Below, piece by piece: positions 55,642 to 64,000 of a stretch of DNA of 64,000 nucleotides. Numbering within the stretch: position 1 is the first letter of the stretch; the number at the start of each line of letters is the position of its first letter. The stretch covers positions 427,490,001 to 427,554,000 of the forward strand of contig CM097882.1 in assembly GCA_044892505.1 (NCBI GenBank), read 5' to 3'. This DNA is from Schmidtea nova. Taxonomy: Eukaryota. The notes beneath the pieces were generated by a model. The model was not told the DNA's origin. It was given only the letters and a program-made list of their open reading frames with translations, and made no database searches. The position numbers were made by a program, and so were the translations under genes.

Positions 55642-57314
55642 GTTAATATTTTCCTTTTTAATTTATTTATTTTTAATTTATATTTCTGTAACATTCAAAG
55701 TTTCTTAACTATAATAATATTTTTATTTTCTGTACGTTTTCGTCCTCCTCTTTATTCTTACTAGTTACTCTTTTTATATTTGGAATTTTGTGTGAAGTTT
55801 ATTTTCAATTTTCTTTCAAAATCCCTTCAACTTTCTTATAATAACGAAAGGAAACTTCCACAGGTCTCAACAGATTTATTGTTTGCCTAATTTCTGCTAT
55901 TGCTTTTTATTTGTTTTTTACGTTTTCTTTACTTTTAGAGAAAACATTTAAATGAATTTTATTGTAAAAAATCTCTTTTTATAATTTGAAAAATCCTTAT
56001 TACGTTGAAAATCTTTTTGTTTATTTTCAATTGTCTTTTATTCATGACTTTTTAAATTTTAAAAATTTTAAAACTTTTTAAATTTTCTCTTTAGGTAAAC
56101 TTTATATTCCTTTTTATATGAAGGACATTTCTCTGAAATGGCTTTCGATATGTTTCTTACATATCCTCTTTGGTCAGCAGTTACAAAATTGTGGAATTAA
56201 AAAATTTAAGACACCTGGACAGGTCCATTTTAAAAATATTGCTGCCTTTTGCGACTAGATATATTTGCGTAACGTGGTATTCTATCTTTATCATAATTAA
56301 AAGAAGGCGAGAAATTATCGCAATTTGCGAGTACTCCATCAAAAGAGATTAGCCGCAATTCAATATCGTGACGGAGAACTTGTCACAGAGACATGGAAGT
56401 TAATAATTAAAATAAATATATTTTTACTTGAATAATATATGATGGTCACGGGTTAACTATCAAAGGATTCTTTGCTTTAATAGATGGACATCGTGTGCTG
56501 TTTACGATCAATATTATGTCGTGGCGATTGCAGAGATCGGAACCCCCTCCCAGATTTATCCTTTTTTCTTTTTCAGAAATAATTGCATTTAAGAATTAAA
56601 AAAAAAGAGAAAAATTTAAAAGAAAAAAAACATTAAAAAATATAAATAACTAGAAATTTCAAAAATATAATAACAGAAGGAATTTTGAAATAATTACAAT
56701 GGGAATTTTGGAAATCGATAAAATCTCCCAAAACCAACGTTGGGCAAACTAAAGATCGCCAATTGTTGTATTGTCTAAAACCCGTGAAAACCCAATTTAG
56801 TGAAATATTATTAACATATTTTCATCCCATGTCATCCCGACACAATTTCAAAGGATATTCGACTTTGCTCAACAGATTTCCAACACACAAATTTGTCTTG
56901 GATCTTACAATGGGCAAAGATATATTTCCCCTAAATTTGTTTTCAAATAATATTTATAAAATATATTTTATTATAAACAGCGTTGTTGTGCGCGTTTCGG
57001 AGTATTCTTATACATGAACTTGCTTCAATATGCATTAAACTCTATATGAGCTCGCACATTTTCGAACTTTTAACATTTTATTCAATCGGAATTTTTATCG
57101 AGTTGGTCTTTCATGTCAACTTTTGCTCTATTATTATATTGAAAAAGTATGTCACTGAAATAATATAATAACAAATAAATATTTTGCAACTTACAAAATT
57201 TTACTTTGTAAAATAAATATAAAAAATCTCTGAACAGAAAGGTAAGAGAAAAATTATTATTTTTTGGAAAAAATGAACTTGACATAGAGTGCATGTAAAA
57301 TCTCTTATAATATA

Positions 57315-57340
57315 AGTTTCCCAACCTGAGGTCCGCGGAA
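57315..57340 (+). mobile_element. Possible hAT/MITE terminal sequence
   Basis: AGTTTCCCAACCTGAGGTCCGCGGA resembles hAT-type termini. No partner end was found. Confidence 0.3.
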
Positions 57341-58358
57341 CTCATTTGTGGCGTTTGCGGGTCATTTGAGAAATTTTATAAATTAATATACAAGTTTTAA
57401 GTAAATTTCTTAATAGAGCTACGTTTTCTCCCTTTTAATGCACAGAATCCTTTCTTGAAATAGAATAATAAATTATTGAAGAAAAATATAGCATATACAA
57501 GCTATTTTTAAACAATGCTTATCATTTTTTCCGACGACAAATAAATATTTTTATAAAAATTGACAGTAGCGGTTTGTGACGAGAAATTCTTTCATCCAAA
57601 ATGTCCTATTTTTGTAAAATAGCGCTCAATTTTGACATTAATTTGAATTATGGGAAGTGAGGAAACAAATTCAAAATGAAGTATAATTTCATGTAGAATC
57701 CTTAATTTATAACGAGTGACAGTTAATAAATTTTAATGAAACAATTTGTGATTCAGATTATTGATGGATTTGCTTATCCAGCAAAATAGCTATGAAGTGT
57801 GACACTTTACCGGAATATATATATATTTAGTTTATTATTATTATCAATAATTCTCATAATGACTATAGATCAAATTTTTTTTTATAAACAATAACACAAT
57901 ATTTCGGCACAGCCTTTATCAAGTGTGTATATTAATATATTAAGCCCTTCCTGATTGTCGGGAATTATATTTCAACAAATATATCTTACTTGTATTATCA
58001 GTTGGAAATAAACTTAATAATATCAGTAAAATCCAAAGCCTTCATAAAAATTAACACAAAGGTATTTGGGTCACAAAAAATAAAAAAAAATTTACAAATT
58101 ATCTTTATTAGTAAGAAAATTTTATTAACTTCATATTAATCAATAAAATAAATTTTCAAATAAATAAAATTATTATTATGTTAATTAACAGCTAAAAAGA
58201 AAATTTATAAATTAAAAATATTGAAATAAGCAAGTTTAGCAAACTAACATTTTTGAGATAATTTTTAATTAATAAACTTTAATTTATTTTATTATAACTT
58301 GTTGATTTCTAATTGCAAATTTCAATTGATAGAAACTGCAAGAATTTCACTTTTACAG

Positions 58359-59280
58359 AAAACAGAAACAACAAAAATTTAATTTAATGCGGGCAACGAT
58401 AAATCTTTTAACGAATATTCCGACAGAAATAATGCAATCAGGATCTACAAATGTTCAATCGCCAACATCAGTAGCACGAGCAGCAAGTGGACCCTTTCAC
58501 AAACCCCTCAGTTTGCATCTACCTTGTCATCATCAAAAATTTATACTTTATAAACACTTGGTTCATCGGTTTCTACACAATCACCTTCATCAAATCTTAA
58601 AACATTTACAAGTGTTATAATAGCACAAACCCGAACAATTTTTAGCAAAACAATAGGACCAACATCACAGACACCTCCACTAGCTTCTAAACAATCAACT
58701 TCCGAAGATGTTCACAATTCGTCCATTAACTTTAACACAATCAGCTTTCTCAGCTGTTGAATTATCCACACATTTTGTAGGAACAAGTAGTGCAATATCA
58801 CAAACTCCTTCTTCAACACCAGTAGGAAGAATAACCAATGTACCGATTTCATAAGCACCTCTATTAACATCTGATTTGTTATTATCCCAATTTTCAACTG
58901 TATTAACAAATAAACCACTGCCTTCAAAACAAAAAGCTGCATCGAATTTTCCATCTTCAGTAACTCCTGGCAGTTCTACAAATGTATTATTTTATCAATC
59001 ATCTTCTTCATCTGCAACTGTCCTTTCTTCTGTATCACCCTTCATGGCATCTATTCATTCACCTCAACAAACTCAAATTTTTATTTCCTCTTTTCCTATC
59101 TCAAATAATCCTATAGAAATTTCAACGTCATAATCTATCAAAGATTCTTTTTCAAGCAATTCTGTTTCTTAAATTATTCAATCAACTTTATCAAGCTTTT
59201 GTGAACTCTCAAATACCTGCTGAAATATCAAGTACTTCTAATTTATGAACGAGTTTCCATATATTAGTATACATTACGTA
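58359..59280 (+). pseudogene. Decayed Ser/Thr-rich mucin-like exon
   Basis: Acceptor-like ttttacag at 58358. Ser/Thr/Pro-rich pieces switch frames (QSGSTNVQSPTS; SQTPQFASTLSSS; TLGSSVSTQSPSS; PSSVTPGSSTNVLFYQSSSSSATVLSS) with stops. The 3' boundary is approximate. Confidence 0.6.
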
Positions 59281-60817
59281 ATAATCTCTTTTTCCTTCGT
59301 TCTACAACTTTTACATTATGTTAGAAAGATAATGGTTACTTATCATTAAACAAAAATCTTCTTGACACTCGTTTCAACTTGAAATGGACAAACTTGACGC
59401 TTGAACCGTCATATTATGCTCCAAATATTGTTTAAATGTAAAGTTTCAAGTTTTGAATAAAATTAAAAATTTATTTCACAGGTTCATAGAGATTATTAGA
59501 AAACATTTTATTCATAAATATAATTTAATAAAATTAAATCAATTTAAATAAATAATTCATTCCATAAAATCATTTTAGTTTAGAATCGTTTGAAATTAAT
59601 TTTATCGTTAATTGAATTGTTTTAATATGAATCGCTTGTTGAATATTGTAATGCGCTCGCATTTAATAGTTGTAATTATTAGTTATCATTTTTTATAAGC
59701 TGATTTGTGTGGGTATTCAGAAATTAAAAAAATTTTAAAACTTAGAACTTAAATCGAAAAAATGTTGAAGTTGGTTTTGTGTGAAATTGTTGTTATCAAT
59801 ATCAGAATGTTTGTCAAAATGATACATAATTTGAAAATCAGTAATTATTTTTTCGATCTTTAATAAATTTTATAATTAGCTTTGATTTTATGGGAAACGA
59901 AATTTATGAATAAGAAAAGATTTGGTATATAATACGTTACAAGTACATCTAGAGACTTTGATTTAATTCGAGTTTCGTCATTAATTCAGTTTTCCTTCGG
60001 GGGGAAGATAGGCTTTTTTAATTTTTCTTTTATGGATCTAATCAATTTTAAAATTGATTTTGCGAATTTTATTATTTTTCAATCAGACACTGAGACTCAT
60101 TTTATTTCTCACAAAATTAGTAAATGGGCTATCCTTATCGCGAATGTTTGGTTGGTTCTAGATTGAATTGATAGGCTGTAAGTTTTCTTCACCGATGGTG
60201 AAGAAAAAGTAATCTTCACCGTTATGTAAGAAGTATTCACAATTTGTGTCTGTTACTGGATAAAATTGATAGAAGCTCATAAAGGATTATGCTAATGATT
60301 GTTATTGTAGTATGTGTGTGAGTAATGAGCTTTACCAGATAAAAACCATCACAAAAGATGTTCTGTTAGAAAGGTTCTGCTACAGGATAAAATTGAAACA
60401 TTGATCGAATCCCATAATGTATTATGATAATGATTGTAAGGTAATATATGTGTGATTAATGAGCTTTAGCAGATAAAACCATAACAAAGGATGTTCTGCT
60501 ACTAAAGGGACTTTGTCACCTACTGTCTCGTCAGTCTTGTTTTCGTTTTCGGAATTCATTAATGGGTCAATCTAAAATTACAAAGAAATGGTAGTTTTCG
60601 TAATTTTAAGCATTTTTAGTACCAACATTGTGGTTATAACAATTTAGAATAATTTTAAACAATACCGTCGGTGAATAAAACTTCTAACGGAATTGATAAC
60701 CTATTGCGAGTAGTTAGAAGTTGTATGAAATAAATTGAAAAATTGGTTTATTGCAATGCACAAATTGGTTCTCTTTTCGATGTTTTTGTTACCATTATTG
60801 CTGACACTGAAAGCAAT

Positions 60818-60985
60818 CTATTTGTATTTATTTGTTTCTGAAATACATTGCACGTGAATTTTGACGGGTTGTTTGCTAAAGTCATCGTTGCAGGAATAAC
60901 AGGAAAATGTTGCATTACACGAATAGACAGTGACTTGATTAATTCTCAACGAAAAGTTGCAAGATGAGCACACAAAAGCAGCCAT
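60818..60985 (-). pseudogene. LYAR: LYAR-type C2HC zinc-finger fragment (55 aa, below the ORF-track cutoff)
   Basis: MAAFVCSSCNFSLRINQVTVYSCNATFSCYSCNDDFSKQPVKIHVQCISETNKYK* versus LYAR MVFFTCNACGESVKKIQVEKH...LSCIDCGKDF....KNHVKCISEDQKY. The second finger (C-x2-C-x11-H-x2-C) is intact; the first has His replaced by Tyr. Confidence 0.75.
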
Positions 60986-61181
60986 TATTATTTGAAGGGA
61001 AAACGTAATTCTGTTACAAGGTTTTATTTAAACAAAGTTAAAAAAAGTTAATTTAAAATAATAAAACAATAATTAAATTAATATTAATGTATGAGGCACT
61101 ACATGAAAACTAAAATGTTATTGAAATTAATAAGTGGTATAAAATACCATAATCATTAACTATTGAAAACCTTTAATTCAG

Positions 61182-61413
61182 GTCAAAGCACGGCTCCAAT
61201 ACAACCTTTTTCTGATTTTCCGGCTCGAGTTGGAGAATTTGAATATATTCTAAACATGACAACCAGATTTATTAATGAGACCTTTGATTCGACTTATTCT
61301 GATCTTAATTCCGCCTCGTCTATAGCTTTTATGAGTAATATCTGTCAAAAATTACGGAAACCATTTCTACTTTTAAATATAAGATTGATTCGATGTTTAC
61401 CAAACAATATAAG
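61182..61413 (+). CDS. SEA domain 3 (diverged), exon a
   Basis: Acceptor ttaattcag|GT (phase 1). Reads GQSTAPIQPFSDFPARVGEFEYILNMTTRFINETFDSTYSDLNSASSIAFMSNICQKLRKPFLLLNIRLIRCLPNNI, which aligns without gaps to SEA1 (PAVSGEYE..M...E.Y...Y.D.NS...F...R.....RLI). Donor AG|gttaat, phase 2. Confidence 0.75.
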
Positions 61414-61469
61414 GTTAATTTTAATTTTACTATACTGTATAAATTTTATTTTAACTATTTTCCCGCTAG

Positions 61470-61603
61470 ATCCGGAAGTGTTATTATCGATATGGTATTG
61501 GACATTGCATCAAACATGTCAAATATAAACGTCACTTTGACATCAGATTTTCCTAATTTGTATTTTTCACAAAATAATCTCGAGACAATTTCAGTTATTC
61601 AAT
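61470..61603 (+). CDS. SEA domain 3, exon b (GSVI motif)
   Basis: After a 56-nt intron, acceptor cccgctag|A. Reads RSGSVIIDMVLDIASNMSNINVTLTSDFPNLYFSQNNLETISVIQ. Donor T|gtaagt, phase 1. The intron sits at the same position and phase as in SEA1 and SEA2. Confidence 0.8.
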
Positions 61604-62482
61604 GTAAGTTTTATTTATTTTATATGTTTTGGGAATTGAATGTCACAGATCCCAGTTATGCTTTTACTTAATAATGTTTATAAATGCGTGGGTGACACAA
61701 TACTATTTATGTAAAACAAAGGCGAATGATCAATAAATTTGGAATTATATGCAAATATAATTTGATAAAAAAAATAACCAACAATTACCATAAATAAATG
61801 AAATAGGATAAATAAATATTTTTCTTGACAATCGCAATAAATCATTAAAACCTCAGTTAACAATTACGAGCTGATAATAAATCATATATAGAATTGTGGA
61901 TTGAAGGTCGCTGGAAATTTTCATGTTTTGATAAATAAAATTTAAGTGAAGAAAAACGATACAATATGATAATGTAATAAATAACATTTTATTGATAATA
62001 AAACAATCGCAGTAAATTCTAGTGGAAATTACTGGGCAATTCAAATTTCAAAAAAGTGCAAAGTGAAGTTATGTTAAAATTGAAATATTAATCTGGATTA
62101 TATAAAACGATACCAAAGAATTATTCTTCTACAATTTAAAAAAATTCTTTTTTTATGTATTATGATTGACTTTTCTTTTATACATATCTTTGTTTAATAT
62201 ATTTAATACATAGTTGATTGAATGTTAAACTTCAGAAGTTTATTGCAGAAAGCAAGTCAGGGTCTGGTTTATGTTACAATTAGTCAGCAAGGCACATGAT
62301 CAGCTTTAGCTGGAAGCGGTGGATGCAAAATAATTGGACGCCTCTTGTAAAGGACGCTTTAAAAATCGAATTTGTCTCTATTTAATATGTCAAAAAACCA
62401 TTAAAAAGATTTGCGACAAATTAGAAATGCATAATGTATTTGATGAAATTGCAAGTTTCAAAGCTAGAAAAGTATAAATCTA

Positions 62483-63723
62483 TGTAGTGCCTCCTATAAT
62501 AAATATTTAAATATTTATTTAATTATTTATTAAAAAAAGAAAAATAACTTGTTTTAATAACAAGTTATTTTGAAGAAGCAGTTTTTCAAATTTGTATTTG
62601 AAAGAATAAATATTTGCAAGTTGTATTGTAGTTTTTTCTATATTCCTACAATTGGTGTCAGAAGCGACAAATCAAAGCAATCCAAGCACCACGCACTCAA
62701 AGCACCAAGAACTCTAATCACTCAAAGCACCACGCACTCCAATCATCAAAGCACCAAGAACTCTAATCACTCAAAGCAGCACGCACTCCAATCATCAAAG
62801 CACCAAGAACTCTAATCACTCAAATCTCCACGCACTCCAATCACTCAAAGCACTCAGAACTCCCATCATTAAAGCACCACGCACTCCAATCACTCAAAGC
62901 ACTCAGAACTCCAATCACTCAAAGCACCAAGCACTCAAAGCACCACGCACTCCAAGCATTAAAGCACCAAGCACTCAAAGCATCACGCACTCCAATCATC
63001 AAAGCACTCCAATCACTCAAAGCTCCACGCACTCCAATCACTCAAAGCACTCAGAACTCCAATCACTCAAAGCACCAAGCACTCCAAGCATTAAAGCACC
63101 AAGCACTCAAAGCATCACGCACTCCAAGCACCACGCATTCAAAGCACCAAGCACTCAAAGCATCACGCACTCCAATCATCAAAGCACCAAGCACTCCAAT
63201 CACTCAAAGCTCCACGCACTCCAATCACTCAAAGCACTCAGAACTCCAATCACTCAAAGCACCAAGCACTCCAAGCATTAAAGCACCAAGCACTCAAAGC
63301 ATCACGCACTCCAAGCACCACGCATTCAAAGCACCAAGCACTCAAAACACCAATCACTCAGAGCTCCACGCAGTCCAATCCATTAAAGCACCACGCACTC
63401 AAAGCACCACGCACTCCAATCATTAAAGAACCACGAACTCCAAGCACTCAGAACTCCAAACATTCAATCACTCAAAGCAACGCACACTTCAATCACCAAG
63501 CACTCCACCACTGCAATGGCTCTAAATACGCTCCGCGCACTTCGGCGGGGGCCATTGTAGTGCCTCCTATAATAAATATTTAAATATTTATTTAATTATT
63601 TATTAAAAAAAGAAAAATAACTTGTTTTAATAACAAGTTATTTTGAAGAAGCAGTTTTTCAAATTTGTATTTGAAAGAATAAATATTTGCAAGTTGTATT
63701 GTAGTTTTTTCTATATTCCTACA
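62483..63723 (+). mobile_element. TRIM-like non-autonomous LTR element (1,241 bp)
   Basis: 168-bp LTRs at 62483-62650 and 63556-63723, identical by eye, with TGTAG...CTACA ends. PBS TGGTGTCAGAAG at 62653. PPT-like CGGCGGGGG before the 3' LTR. Perfect 5-bp TSD ATCTA at 62478 and 63724. Internal region is non-coding repeats. Confidence 0.92.
62670..63510 (+). repeat. Modular 16-25-bp A/C-rich tandem repeats inside the TRIM
   Basis: Units start with AAAGCA, e.g. AAGCACCACGCACTCCAATCACTCA and AAGCACTCAGAACTCCAATCACTCA. A 187-bp internal duplication links 63004 and 63191. Confidence 0.9.
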
Positions 63724-64000
63724 ATCTAGAATAATAGTTTTGTCTGTTTTTATACAAAATTCTACTCATTACATGTTATGTTACAGAAAAATATTGTTAT
63801 ATAAAATAAATAAATATATAAACAAAACAAAATCCTGTATTTCAGTTGAAAAAGAATTATTATTTTTTTAATGTGTTTATTACAAATTTAACATTGCCAA
63901 TTGAATTACATTAAGGCCAAAATACCGATAAAATAATACTCCTAGAAAATGGGTGTCTAAATGAATTTCGCATCGGGGTGATACTAATTCTAGAGCTAGC

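Noticed and set aside
56170-57345. Short ORFs and transposase-like decayed text in the third long intron
   Set aside because: No motif could be recognised with confidence.

Overview
AT-rich eukaryotic (animal-like) genomic DNA. The composition and transposon spectrum are compatible with a cnidarian such as Hydra, but that is inference. The window lies inside one very large plus-strand mucin gene whose start and end are outside it. The gene alternates giant Thr/Ser/Pro-rich exons made of a 105-bp (35-aa) tandem repeat (1-6093 partial, 16846-28269, 44413-55641) with short multi-exon SEA domains that each keep a G-S-V-I motif (10471-10948, 32653-33130, 61182-61603). The splice phases join into one frame of about 9,950 aa within this window alone. 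The PTS-to-SEA segment is duplicated at an offset of 22,176 bp. The introns hold decayed Penelope-like retroelements (RT + GIY-YIG, inverted arms, hammerhead-like pLTR motifs), a deleted Ty3/Gypsy element nested in one of them, a young TRIM-like LTR element, and hAT remnants. They also hold host-gene fragments absent from the ORF track: HSP70 N-terminus followed by a histone H2B-like fold (two copies), a LYAR-type zinc finger, and a decayed Ser/Thr-rich exon. Family assignments come from motif recognition by eye. No database searches were run and percent identities are estimates.
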